From assembly GCA_009602735.1 (NCBI GenBank), contig WELA01000598.1:51321-115320 (forward strand): a stretch of 64,000 bases of DNA, given 5' to 3'. Shown here piece after piece: positions 47,501-60,993 of this stretch. The position numbers were made by a program, and so were the translations under genes. How positions within the stretch are numbered: position 1 is the stretch's first letter; each line of letters begins with the position of its first letter. The stretch is from Mesotaenium endlicherianum. Lineage: Eukaryota. The notes below the pieces were generated by a model, which ran no database searches, was not told the origin of the DNA, and saw nothing but the letters and a program-made list of their open reading frames with translations.

Positions 47501-49467
47501 GGAGTCATTCACATTTGGATTGTTGTGACTTTCAGTGTAGATGGTTATAGCGTCAGCATGCTGTGCCTAGTTTGGAAAACAACTGGAGCTGGTGCATCTC
47601 TCAGTGTGCAAGTGCGTTGGTGTTAGTCGCTTGCATAAAACATCAAGGGGGGAGCTTATTTGCACGCTATCACGACACAATGTGAGGACAAGCTGTGGCG
47701 TCGGAGTCGCTTGGAACGACGTCATGACTCCTGGCGCCCTCAGGATGGGCACCATGGTTATGTTGCAGGCAAATTCCAGGAGTGCAAAAACACGCTCTTC
47801 ACACCTGTCCTTGCGGGAGACTTTCTCTGCACCCACAAGATGCTTGTTTGCGTTGACAGTTGGTATGTATTCCTCACTCTTTTACTGACTGAGAGCACGA
47901 AAATTATTTTCCGTCTGAATCTAGCAAGCGTGGCTATTTTCTGTTGCTCTTACTGGCCATCATCTCGTGAGCCTTTCATGTATTGCTATGGCTGCGATGA
48001 ATATTAGGCTAGGGTCTATTGTTGCTGAGCTGGGGGGAGCTCTTGAGGCATTAAGAATTTAAACTTGCAGTGATGGAAAATGAGCCTTGAGGTGTAGGGT
48101 TTCAGGCTTGGTGAGCTGTGCTGGGCTGAGCTGTCCAGGCTCAGCCTATAGGCTGACAGACAGAAGGCTCTGATGGCTCGTGGATGGATGAAGATTGCAT
48201 AGGTGGGCCACTGAGATCAGCCAGTTGGCAGTGACCGAGCAAGCAAGGAGTCTTGCAACGGAAGTTCTATGCAATTCAAGCCTGATGATCTAGCCCACAT
48301 CCTGAACCCTAGGCCTGACCCCTGCTGCAACTCGAGTGTATGCGCGCAGTCTCGCAACCCTTGCGAAGAATACACATGTGCCATTTGAAGGATCATGACC
48401 ATCAGACAAAAGCGCGAGTCGGCTTGTGCAAGTCTACGGTTGTTATGCACCTCCACAAAAGCGTTCTTTAGACCTAAAGCAATTGCAAGCATAGATAAGT
48501 TGCTTATGATTGAAGGGACAAATAAGGAAAGCCGAATAATAATAGCAAGCATTAGTAGAAAATCTATTCTAGGACCAAGGAGCTGAGGCGTATTTTGGCT
48601 CATGGAACTTTCTCGTTTGAAGGCTGAGCAAATGTTGTCCTGTTATCCAAATAGGCCCAACTTCTTACTATATGCAACATACAATGCTGAGCTAGCGCCG
48701 AGACATACATGCCCGCTGATTGCAAAATCAACATCTGGATAGCAACTATTTTGTTGTTCGAAACTAGATGTCAAATTATACACTGCTTTGATCTACTAGA
48801 GGTTGAGAGTCATCAGCACCATAGACAAAGAAAAAATGCATTGAACAGAATAGTGAATGTCTGCATGAGCATCTACGATTGAAAGTCAGCAGCCAGCTAC
48901 AGAAGCGCAACACCCCAAGTTTTCAAGGTAAGTGTGGCCATATATACAAAGTCACATGTGTGCTTGCATGGTGTCATTCAGCCCTCATTGTGACAGGCAC
49001 GATTGCTGCATTCGCGATGCTTCTCTACCTTAACAAACGCTTCCGCTTCTCTCTCCCCGGCGCTAAAATGATACGGAATGGACAAAATGTAGCTTCAGTC
49101 TGCTTTTTTAAATCGCATCGTTAGCTATCTCCTGACTTAAGCAGCATTGCCTTGGAGACAGGCTCATGCAAGAAAGGGGGCCTTAACGCACACCACAGAC
49201 TCTACATATGTACAACTAGCGCTGATCATAAAGTTGCAAATAAAGGGTTGCCCCTACAAAGATTGGGGCATCACCCACTTCCACGGAGACTGTTGCCACT
49301 CTCTCTCTGCAATTTCACCATTCTCCCAATAACTTCTGTTGCTTAGCATCTCCTCCTCCCCGGACCCTTCTCAAGCTGCCATTGAGGCTGGGATGCATAG
49401 GTGCCAGCCGGGCCGCCCCCGCAACCGAAGGGCCTTCACCCTCCTCAAGTTAAGGGAGGTCAATCTG

Positions 49468-50853
49468 TCACTGGCTCCACCTGGTGTCCTGGAACAGCTG
49501 TTGAGCCATGTCGTGCGTAAGGCTTCGGCATCCCACCCTCACAAACTCTAGGTAATTCCTGATTCGGTAAGGTGCGTCTCGGCAATAGCAGGAAAGGTTG
49601 ACAGCTGTTGCATCACCAAGACTGAACAGGCCAGTCACTTGAAGCAACTGCCTGCATCCGTCAATAGTCAGCTGCTGCAGAGCTGGCAAGGCACCCACGT
49701 TGCAGAAAGGGGCCAGCCGCGGGCCTTGGGCTCGTTTAGTCTTCCAAGGAGGTAATAGCGTGAGAGAGGTCAGCAGCCTCAAGGAGGCAAGGAGAGGCCA
49801 TGGCAGCATAACATGAGACTTGATGCTTAAAGAGCGCAAGTTGGGTGTGGATGAAAAAAAGAGGCGAGGAATTTGGACCGTTGGCTCGTTTCCATATAGA
49901 CTCAGATGAAATTTCTCCAGGCAGGAAAAGATGTGCAATGACTCGGGTACGGGATTACCAGAACAGAAGTCTAGATGTAACTCTATCAGCAAGTGCAGCT
50001 CTACTAATGTGGCCAGCTCACTTGTGCCAAAGCCAGCCTGTTGAATAGCTACATTGAGCACCTACAGGGTGGTAAGCCCTGCCGGCGAGTGCAGGAGGGG
50101 CCACCTGGCATGAATGGGAAGCATGTTGTCAACAGCATCTTCCATGGAGTCTGAATATGTGATTGACAAGCTGGAAAAATGCTGCAGTTCCTTCAGCCAC
50201 GGGGGCAGTCTTTGCAGGTGCGATTCTTGGGGGAGCTTGAGGTGGAACGTCATCATTCCGAGAGGGACCTGCGCCTGTTGCTGCTGTTGACGACTGAAAA
50301 GTGTCCTGCTCAGGGGGACAAAGGAGCCCTGGTTGGGAAGCATGTCCAAGCCATCGTACACTCCCTCGTAGTCTAGCGTAAGATGCTGAAGTTGGGAAAG
50401 GCCTCCAAAGTCTAGAGCCTCCAAGTCATTCTGGAGTGCCTCCCAGTCGGTGGAATATATTGCCTCACACTGAAAGGAAAGCTCCAATCTCTTAAGGCCA
50501 GTCCTTTTGGAAAGAAAGTAAGGAAGCTTGTCAAGAGTGTCGCTGTTGTCCACCAACAGAGTAAAGGAAGTCACTTGAGGCATCTCCTCCTCTGCTGCAA
50601 ATCTTCTCAGAAGGTCACACATCTTACTTATTCCAGGCATAGTGACATGTGTCACATTCTTCCTTAGCAGCAGGGTGCCAATAGTGGCATCCACACTTCT
50701 CATCAGGTCAATTAGACACGCATGCTGGTAGCTCTCGCAGATTAGGCTTTGCCATCTATGGCACACGCACCATAAATTAATATTTATTGGGGATGATGCC
50801 AAGCGCAGTATGCGCACCAGAATATCGTCCGGTATCTCCAGGATTACATCCAT
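49468..50853 (-). pseudogene. F-box / LRR paralogue 2, probable pseudogene
   Basis: IPDDILVRILRL...WCVCHRWQSL; colinear with paralogue 1. In-frame TAG at 50062-50064 where the paralogues have Gln; C-terminal frameshift after FQDTR. Confidence 0.85.
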
Positions 50854-53800
50854 TGAGCATAAGCTAGGTATATAAATGCTAGTTGGGAGGAAATTTTAAG
50901 TCCCTGGTCACATGAGTAGGATTATGATAATTTCTGATGAAGGCCTACGGAGAAGTTCAATGCCACCTACATTATTATCAACCCTGATTGTTGGACTCCT
51001 CAGCCTGGTCCAAGGAAACACATGCTTCCACACCAAATTTTGTTGGAAATCTCTCTTATTATCCTAGATTACCTTCAAGTCAGTTCTTAGGTGAGGAAGT
51101 AAGCTGAAAGAAAGGCCTACTTCTAGGTGGAAGAACAACTTTGCTCAAGGACTGGCAAAAGTATCGTCATAATGCATGAGCAATCCACATTCCTCTCCTT
51201 ACCAACCAACTGATAGGAATGTAAGCATATACTTCGTAGTTCATTAACCTTATGTCACCAGCTTCATTGTTGTTATTGAAGCCTGTAAGCATTGGCAGCA
51301 GATTTAGAGTTCCATATGCTGTGTACTATATGCTGTGTTCCATATGCTGTGTATCTAATTCACCTCCATATGTCAATCTGTATACAAAGCCAAGGTGTCT
51401 CTTCCAGCGTTTTGTGCTCAATCTATCCGGTGCTTTTTGATAGGGCAGGAAGCTATAATATACAGAGCCTATGAAGGTCCTCTTCAGTTCGTGGTAAGTG
51501 TCAACTAACATCCTCTTGAGGCCCAGTTTGAACTCAAGACGACGATAATGTGGTTGAAGCATAAAGGCAACCTGACTACATCATGCAGCAATGCCCAGCG
51601 CTCACGATAAGTTATCAGACGAGCCTTTTGTCATATAGCAGTCTCAAAATCACCAGACAGCATTTGATATGTGGCCCAGATCCCTTCAGACGCAACAAAC
51701 TGGCGTTGGAGATATCAAGGAGTTGTTTTTACTGGAACATGCATGTCCCTCGCTATAATTGATACAACACTGTGTGACCTGCAAAGTTTCCTTAGGTCGA
51801 TTGGAATACTTCTCACTTTCGCTAGCCAATCTCAATCCTACAAGCACGGACAATATTGAATTGCTTCAGATTATAAATCACTTGAACGAGGACACATTGT
51901 ATGCAGTGGATGTCCTTGACAAGAGATTATAGATGACTTTCTCGCGGTCTTTGGGGCTCTAAATTGCCTTGCTTGGTTGCCACTCATTACCTTTTGAGTA
52001 ATATTTTCCTCTAAACCGCGTAGAGTGCTCCGATATAAGAATTTGCTTTGCAGCTAACCTTTTACCTAGCTTGTGTACATCCATAAGTCATTGGAAACTA
52101 CCATCATATAAGCTGACATTGTCTGATGATTGTCATGCAAAGGGTGGTCCGAAGGCGAGGAGTGCAAGTGCCAGATTAGACAAAAGTAAATCAAGGGGTG
52201 CTGTTGTTTCAGAGTGAGCAAATCTGAGCAAAGTAGCTGTCTGAAAGAAGCTTGCACTACGATGGTCGTACGTACCAGGAAAGACCACAACTGCCACGAC
52301 TTGATGCCGCTGCGGACGCCCACGGTTTTCACTACCATATGCTCAAAGCAAGTCATAGGGAACGAGTCAACCTTCCTGACAGTCCCCATTGATGCTGGAC
52401 TTTAGTCAGTGCGTGTTCTATCACTAGATGCACCCAAATCCCCGGTCCCCAGCACCTGCTTTCCTTATTAACACCAAACTTATTCACCAACAAAGATCAC
52501 GTGGTCATTTGGGGGGGGGGGAGAATGGAAAGAGGGAAGCAGGTTGGATGCGGAGGTGGGGACAAGTCTACAACCTAAAGTTTATCTTTTTGTGCGCTTT
52601 TAGACTCCTGTCAGGAAAGACTGCCAGTCAGTGGCCCCACTTTACTGCATACAGCAGATGCGTTCCACTCTCCTGTAGTGTGGGGGTTGGGATGCCCGTG
52701 GGATCTGCCTTTGCCTCACACACAAGGGAATATTGCAAGCAACAGTCGTGGTGGTGCTATGTGCTTGCACGGTGGTGAGCATTTTTGATCCCTATCAGAA
52801 TGGCAGGCACCTCTAGAAGCCAGAAAGAAAGCTCAAAGTAGAAGCTTATGGCTCCTTTTCCCTCTGCCGCTCGCCACAGCAGGGCTCTCCTCATGTCACG
52901 GGAGGAGCTGCCTTACTGGGCGCCCTTATGAGCTGTGCTGGTGTACCAGTAGGCCGGGGCCGGGGCCGGCGTGGCAAGGGACAGTCTCTCTCAGATTGTC
53001 TGCCCTCAGCGCACGTTGCACTAGCTGACGTTGCAAGCAGTGACGTTTGTTTGACTGCCAAGTCATTCCGGAAAGGAAGGAAAACCTGGGGAGGAGGGGG
53101 GGAAGGGGTCTGCTTGGCAAGACTGAGGATCTGGGTTTTTGAAGTATAGGGAGATTTAGGGCGTTATTCTGAGTAGGCGCCACTCAGTTGCTCCATCTGA
53201 CTTCACTGCAGTCAGGGTGATTCTAGCTCATGGCTCTGAGCACAGCAGCGTTGCAAACCCCTACTCAGCTAGGAGCGAGGAGCAAAGTGCAAGGCTGGAA
53301 GAAAGGTCCTAGAAGGAGGCTCACTATTGCGCTTCTAACCCCCTTCTCGTTTTTGCCTGTGCCCACAGATAGCAGGCATGGCAGCCGTCCCCTCCCCTTG
53401 CTCACTAGAAGTTGGAGGCGCTTTCTCCTCCTGTGAGCTGAACCTGGTACAGCAGCGGGGTGCATCTGGGATCGGAGAAGCCCAACCGCTGCTTTCCTCC
53501 TTGCGGCGTTCGCCTCACTTCAGAAGGGTCTTGAGGGGATCAGCTGGCATGGGCATCCTTGAGCCCTCCCCCCCCTTTGGTAGGCCTGAGCGGGAAGGGG
53601 GTTAGGCTTGCTAACGTATGCGGGAGGAGGCGGAGGAGCTGTGAGTTCCTGCACTTGCACTCCGGAATACTGACTATACGCCGTTGGAGGAAGAGGCAAG
53701 GCAGGCACGGCAGGAGGAGCGGACGAGAGTAGGACAGCAATGCAGCATGGCAGCATTGCGGCAACTGCAGCAGCTGCAATCGCTTTACCCTCCTCCCTCT

Positions 53801-56800
53801 GGAAGGGCCCAGGGGCTGGACGGACAGATGTGAGCAGAAGAATCTGCCCTGTTGGGCTCTGATCCTTCTCTCAGTTCCTGCGGTCCCGGCATCATGGGGC
53901 GGAGCTAGAGGAGAGAGTGCGGGGCACCATGGAGGCTGGGGGTGGTGACGCCGCGTGCGGGCATGGCAGGCATGCAAGCGGGCGGGCAGGCGGGCAGAGG
54001 CAGGCGCTCACGCAACAGATGAAGAGCGCGCGCTGTGATGAGGATGGGGAAATGCCCTCGAGTCTGCCGTCACCTTCACCGGTCAACCTCGCCCCCCCAC
54101 TGAGTTTGAGTGTGCGGGTGCCCCTCAGGCTCGTGGAGATGTGCATGCTGAGGAGTCACTGCTGAGGTCGAGAAAAGCCCAAGTTTAGAGGTTTCAACTT
54201 TTCTGCTGTGCCCTTCCAGATGACCACCCTGTCCCCCAAGCTCCTGCTTCCCAGTCTTCAAGCTCTCTCCAAGTGGCGCTCACTCGTCTCTGCTAGTTTC
54301 TGTGGGTGGGCTTGTGTGAAGCTGGGACCTCTTCATAGTTTGAATAGTTCATCCGCTCTGAATTGCAAGCTTGCGGAATCCACTAGTCGTGAGGGATGTG
54401 CAACAATTCAGATGAGAAACCAGAGGAGGAGATTGAGAGCGTGGACAAATTTAACTAGATTTGCAAGTATTGGTGATGCGGCTGCCACCAGTACCCATAT
54501 CATAATGTCAAAATTTAGATTCTGCTTATGCACCTGGTTGTCGTGGGCAAGCTGCGCCGCTCAGCTGCAGCAGGGAAGCTAGGAAGTTCAAATTCTTGTG
54601 ATGAACGAATGCAGGGAGGGTGTGAGTGAAAAAAAGTGACGGGTGCTGTGCACTTTCTGGCCGCATGAAGGAAAAGGCATGCTTGAGCACTGAGATGCTG
54701 TGGCAGGAATTCGCCTGCACCCCAAGAGCGTCTTTGCATGCATATGTGCCCTTGGGAGAGAGTGGAGCTCGGAGTGCATCACCTCCCAATCTACCTGTCA
54801 CCATCTCAAAGTTCCGTAGGGGTTGCCGGGTGCGGGTATAACAGGCTCACTTTTCAGTGCGTGGAGATGATGTTGGCTGTTATCATCGCATGCTGGCTGT
54901 TGCGTCTGCCGCCACGGCCCTCCTCCTCCCACCACTGGCAGCATCTTTAATTCTGGCACCTGCCCGGCAGCGGCGCCTTCCCTGCAAAATCACTGATGCA
55001 CTCATCCATCTCGACCCCTTGGGGAAGAGCTGACGAGACATAGCCCAGCTTGCAAGGTGGTGGCGCTTACCTTACGCCTTAGTCTAGAGACTAACTTCCC
55101 TGGGAAAACATACCAGGACAAACGTGCACTGGCGTGTGGATAGCTTCTTGGAAAGGGAGGGAAGGGGTGATGTATGCACAGCTTTGGAGCGAAGCTGTCA
55201 CAGAGTCTGAGCTTTGTGAGCCCGCCCCCCCCTTTTCTTTGCCCTCAACTCCATTCAACGCACAGGTCTTCTTACGTCTTTTTCCTCCAAAATTCTTTTC
55301 TGAGTTAGCTGAAGTCTTGTGCAAAGAGAAGAGTTAAAGGGGGAGGGGGGTTGGTGAAGGAGGGCAGAAAAAACTAGGACAAGGACTAGTTGGGAGCAGC
55401 TAGTACGCTTATAGCTCTACATGTCCCATATACACGCTAGCAGCTCACTCTGACCTGGCAGCAGGTATAGCCAGCTTGAAGCCTGCATTAAGAGACGGCC
55501 CCAAGCTTATTCGTATGCCATCTGCTCAAGGGTTGGGCAATGGCATTTACAGTCAGCAACTAGACTGGACTTTGTCACATGACAAAGGTTGTCATACAAC
55601 TGTCGTTCTACTTTGCATGCTCAAGAGGAGGAGGGAAATGGAGAGGGGGAGGGGCAGAAGGGGTAGAGATGGAGAGAGTGGGGCAGAGGAATGCGGGGGC
55701 ACTGCAAGCCTGAAGGGCTCTGGTGAAAGGAGAAAGTCAGAGCATGTGCTTGCTCACACTCGTCTGCAGCTGCAGCTGCACCTGCGGGGTCCCGTGCGAG
55801 CACGCACGCACGGCAGGATGCGAGTCGTGACTTAGTGCTCCAATTGCAGCTGGAGATGGCCCTTGTGTGTCCGACCTTCTTTCAAGGAGCAAGGAGGAGC
55901 TACCTAGCTGTGAGAGGGCGACAACTCACAAGCCTCGTGCACCGTGACAACGGGCGGCGCTGTCACGTCTGCCGCCACCTCCCGCCTCCTTCCATCCTCT
56001 TGTGAGCAAGGTGCAAGCGCCCTCCTGCATTGGGGGGGCTTGTACGCTGGGCCTCTGCAGCTGACATCAGCATGGGCTTGCTGAGCAGCTGAGGTCAAAG
56101 CTGCCACTTATTGTTATGCTGTATCGATCTTGGGGGGTACCATGGGGGCGTGTGCTCTCCTCTGAAAGATAGGCCTCTGGTGCCACACAGGCAGGCATGG
56201 TGGCAACGCGCGGCCCTGCAAGGCTAGCGCGATGTTCCTCTGGCTGGTGGGTTGTCCCCAGGCACATGTTCAAACCCCCCCTCCCTCCAATCCCTCTCCT
56301 GGTGCTGCCTTCAAAAAGTCATATGCCCGTGTCTCCCCCTACAAGCTATGGTTTTAATACATGCAAGTGTTGGAGTGCTACATAATACATATGAAGGGTA
56401 GACCACTGCGCTTACTCTTGTCACGCTGTTGTATGGCTTTTTGTTTTCTGCTGCTGACTGAATGTGGTACACTCGGTGCAGCCGGGCCAGCTTGCAGGCG
56501 CGCAAGCCACTCTTGCACTTGCATGTATGATGTGCTCCCAGGGGACAGACCATTCTCACTGCGCGAAAGTTTCCAGACCACTCCGGGATGGGGATTCAGC
56601 ACAATGCCTTCTGTACTTGTGCTGCTCTCCCATTCACAAGCACTGCCCCCCCTCCCAATCGTTCTCAACACTTGTGTTTTGTGTGGGGGTGCCAGCAGGC
56701 AAGCCGCCTGCACGTGACGGCAGCGTGCCTAGAGAGTGGGCGGGCCACGACCCACATTGCGGCACTGCACGTGGTGTCTTTGCCCTAGGACGCTCGCCTG

Positions 56801-58895
56801 TTCGCTGGGCGCTGTTATGGTCACTCAGTGGAGGCTCCAGGAGGGGAGGCATGGCCATTGGGCTGCCTGGTAAGATTTCATGGTACCTGCCACGAGCAAG
56901 GCCACCTGCACAAGCTCTGGGTGTGCCAGGACCCGCTCTTGACACTTGTCACGTTGGGTGGCCTTGTGAGTGTTTACAGAGGGCTTGCAGGGGCTGGTGC
57001 ATATATGCAGTAGTGTGTAGTATGTGAGTGCGGGGCTATGTGCACCAGTGCGTGCTTCTCACGGTCTAGAGTCTAGAATTAGGGTCTGGGGTTGTATAAT
57101 TGCTAGGATAGGGCAGTGTAGGAGCAAGGGTTGAGGTTTCTTTTGGCTAGAGTTTGAGATTTGAGGTCTACGATCAGGGGTCTTCTTGTGGTGTCCAAGG
57201 TCTACATCTTCCATCTGGGTGGGAATCATTTCCACCTGCCTGCCTGCGTGACCAGGTGCCCTAGGCCAGCTCACCCCGTATGAAGAGGAGCCTGGCTGGG
57301 TTTCCTATTTGGGCGCAGAATCAAGCGCGTGATAAGTTTCTAAACCAAACTCCAAAGAACTTAGAGCTAAGGTCTCCTTAAGTCCAGATTGCCTGTTTAG
57401 GCCTGCACGCCTGGCGTTTAGGTTGTGTAGCAGTCCTCATTCTGCGGGCACGATACATAGTGCCAAATGGCAGTATCTCAGCAACCTAGTGGAGGGGTAG
57501 GGGGCATGTATTAAACTGCAAAAGTCTTTCTCTCCAAGGTTATATCTACACTTTCTACCACCTGCACCAGAGGCCGACTTGCTGATGATCTACGTCAGGG
57601 AGCTTTGCATGACAAAGCTCTTCAATTCAACATACGACCACGTGAGCTTGAAGTGTGGGGCCTACACCACCAAAGTTGAAAGAGGAGGCTTTTGCAGAAT
57701 TAGAATAGCAAGTGGACGCTAGCAGCGTTTTCATACGTCTTCGTCAGTGAAGACCTTAGAAGTAAAGCTTTTCACTTGATCTCTTACAGTGAAGAGGGCC
57801 TTCTGCACATTGCAAATCACCTAAGCCCTTGCCTTGTTTCTGTTCAAATTATTTCCTGATCATATATGTTGCATCATCAAATGAATTGAAGCTTACTAAC
57901 TCTCTGTCATGAAGCTCAAACTAAAGAACGCCACTACAGATTAGTGCTTCTCTTACAACCTTGATGCGGGGGCAATCATGGGGCTTGTGAATGAAAACAA
58001 ATACGGAGGTAAGGAAAAGGTGGGAGTGGATGTTTTGCTTTATGTTCATCATTTGTTGGTAAAACACATCAAAGATACAGTAATGCTGAAGAAAGCCAGC
58101 CATCAAAGGAACTTTTTATTAACATGTACTCTTGCATGCTCATAATCTGGGCGCACCAAACCTCAAATCCGATGGCATGACGTTGCCAAGCAAAGACCTT
58201 AAAAAGCACAAGCTTCAGCATCCACGCCCCTCCTACTTGTCTTGTGGATGCATACGTACGGTTATGATCTACCACCTACTTTCTCCTAATTCACTCAAGG
58301 TCTGCACACACATAGAGTAGAGAGTGCACTTTAATATACCACCTTACTAACAAGCCTTTGGAGACAAATACCTCAGCCACCTAGTCGGATGATTTTATTG
58401 TACATATGACCAGCCAACTATTACAAAACTTGGACTGCACAAGTCCTCATGGAAACTTGCAGCCATTATTTTGAGGCGCTGTTGCTGAGGTGAACATTGC
58501 TCAGCAACGATGACAAAGGGGAATGATTCCAGAATGAAAAACCATTAGCTAGAAAGATTTGAGGCCCCCTCTTGATAAAGGCAAGGCCAACAAGGAGAGG
58601 AGCACATAGCCTGAAACCAAAAATAATCGTTGCTAATCTCAAGAGTGAAGCTACAGCGCTCAAGGTCAGGCAGAGCTGCCAAAGTTCCACAACGTCTGCC
58701 GGGGGACAGTTTCCATAAGCCATAGCTCTTGTCTTGAAATGCCTACACAGAAGCAGTGCATTGTGGCGTTGCTATTTAAAATAAGCACACGCGACTCTAC
58801 CGCTCTCGACTTTAACGGCCCCCTTTTTGCTTCCACACTTGACAAAATCCTTCACCTACACCCCCCTCCCCCCTTCCCCTTCCCCTTCCCCTTCC

Positions 58896-59459
58896 NNNNN
58901 NNNNNNNNNNNNNNNNNNNNNNNNNNNNNNNNNNNNNNNNNNNNNNNNNNNNNNNNNNNNNNNNNNNNNNNNNNNNNNNNNNNNNNNNNNNNNNNNNNNN
59001 NNNNNNNNNNNNNNNNNNNNNNNNNNNNNNNNNNNNNNNNNNNNNNNNNNNNNNNNNNNNNNNNNNNNNNNNNNNNNNNNNNNNNNNNNNNNNNNNNNNN
59101 NNNNNNNNNNNNNNNNNNNNNNNNNNNNNNNNNNNNNNNNNNNNNNNNNNNNNNNNNNNNNNNNNNNNNNNNNNNNNNNNNNNNNNNNNNNNNNNNNNNN
59201 NNNNNNNNNNNNNNNNNNNNNNNNNNNNNNNNNNNNNNNNNNNNNNNNNNNNNNNNNNNNNNNNNNNNNNNNNNNNNNNNNNNNNNNNNNNNNNNNNNNN
59301 NNNNNNNNNNNNNNNNNNNNNNNNNNNNNNNNNNNNNNNNNNNNNNNNNNNNNNNNNNNNNNNNNNNNNNNNNNNNNNNNNNNNNNNNNNNNNNNNNNNN
59401 NNNNNNNNNNNNNNNNNNNNNNNNNNNNNNNNNNNNNNNNNNNNNNNNNNNNNNNNNNN
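58896..59459. other. Assembly gap flanked by (CCCCTT)n
   Basis: N run with ccccttcccctt on both sides. Confidence 1.
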
Positions 59460-59542
59460 CTTCCCCTTCCCCCCCCCCATTCACTCATCAAGCCAGCAGA
59501 GCCTGCAGTTGATGTGCTATCTCTGGCAGCCACCGCCGCCCC

Positions 59543-60993
59543 TCATTCGAGGCCGATAGCCCTGAGCTGGTCCGTCACAGGCGCCACCTGGCGTCTGGTG
59601 TCCTGGAAAACCAGCCTAGCCATGTCCCGCGTCAAGCTCTGGCATTCTGCCCTCACGTACTCTCCGTAACTGCTGATCCTGTGAGACCTAACCTTGCCCT
59701 GGCAGCAGCAGCGCAGAATGACAGCTGTTTTGTTGCGGAGATTGAGCAGGCCATCCACTCCATGCAGGCAGCTGCACCCGTCAAGCTCCAGGTGCCGCAG
59801 AGCCCGCAGGCCGCCCACGTCGCAGAATGAGGCCAGCCTCTGGTCTTGTGAACCTCCTATATCTACGACTGCAATCGTCAAGGAGGTGAGGTGCTCCAAT
59901 GACGCCAAGACAGGCCAGGGCAGGGTGGCGTGAGACATGAGCCTTGAAGAGAGCAAAGTGGGCGTGCACGAGAAAAGAATGCGAGGCATTTGGGCTATTT
60001 GGGAAACTCCAAAATTGCAAAGCCACAACTTCTCCAGGCAGGGGAAGGTGCGCGACGGCATTGGCATAGAGGTACCAAAGAACTCGAGACGTAACTCCTT
60101 CAGCACGAGTAACTCCGCTAAAGTGTCAGCTCGTTAACTCCAAAATCAGGCGACCAGATGGCGCAATTGAGCATCTGCAATGTGCTCATGGCTGCTAAGG
60201 AGTGGAAGAGACCATCATGTCCACAATGCAACCACAATGAGACATGATGCACCTCTCCCAGCCATGGTGGCAGTCTCTGCGCATCAAACTGTCCAGAGAG
60301 AGTAAGGCGGAACGTGTTCAGCTCCTGATGCTGCTCTTGACGGGTGACGAGAGTCTTGCTCAGGGGCACAAAGGAACCTGCCCTAGACTGCTCTGGCGGC
60401 TCAGCGAGATCGATGCCGCTGAGGAATTTGTACAGATTGATGTAGTCGATACTCAAATACTCCAGATGGGGGAGGCTGCTGAAGTCCAAAGCCTCAAGAC
60501 TTGTGTGAAGTGCCTCCGAGCTTGCAAAGCATGAGAGCAGGCCGTGGAAGGAGAGTCTCAGCACCCGAAGAGTGGTTTTCTTAGAAAGGAAGTAAGAGAG
60601 CCCAGCAAGCATGTCATCATCATCAACTTCCACAGTGAAGGAAGTCCACAGAGGCATCCCCTCATCCGTGGCAAGCCGTCTCACCAGCTCAGGCAGCCTT
60701 GATGCTTTGAGTCCAGAGTGTTCCGGAATGCGAAAGCATGTCACATTCCGACATGCGTGCAGTTGGCTTAGGGCGGCGTCCACATTCACAGTGGGGGTGC
60801 TGTTCAACTGCAAATTGCCGTGCTCATCCACAGTCCTCCTGAAGTTGATAAATCTTGCAGTCTCGTAGCTTTCCAACATGAGCTGCCTCCATCGTTGGCA
60901 CACGCGGGGCAAAAGAGGCCAAGATGAGGAGGGTGCCACCAAGCGCAAGATGCGCACCATAATATCATCCGGAATGTCCAAGGTCTTATCCAT
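59543..60993 (-). pseudogene. F-box / LRR paralogue 3, frameshifted
   Basis: IPDDIMVRILRL...PRVCQRWRQL. An apparent 1-bp deletion near 60125 splits the frame (GVNELT|TLAELLVLKELRL vs GARQLATIAELQSLKELHL in paralogue 1). Could also be an assembly error. Confidence 0.8.

Noticed and set aside
50062..50064. Possible stop-codon readthrough or recoding in F-box paralogue 2
   Set aside because: A CAG>TAG transition is simpler, the gene has a second lesion, and TAG serves as a normal stop in the TraB gene.
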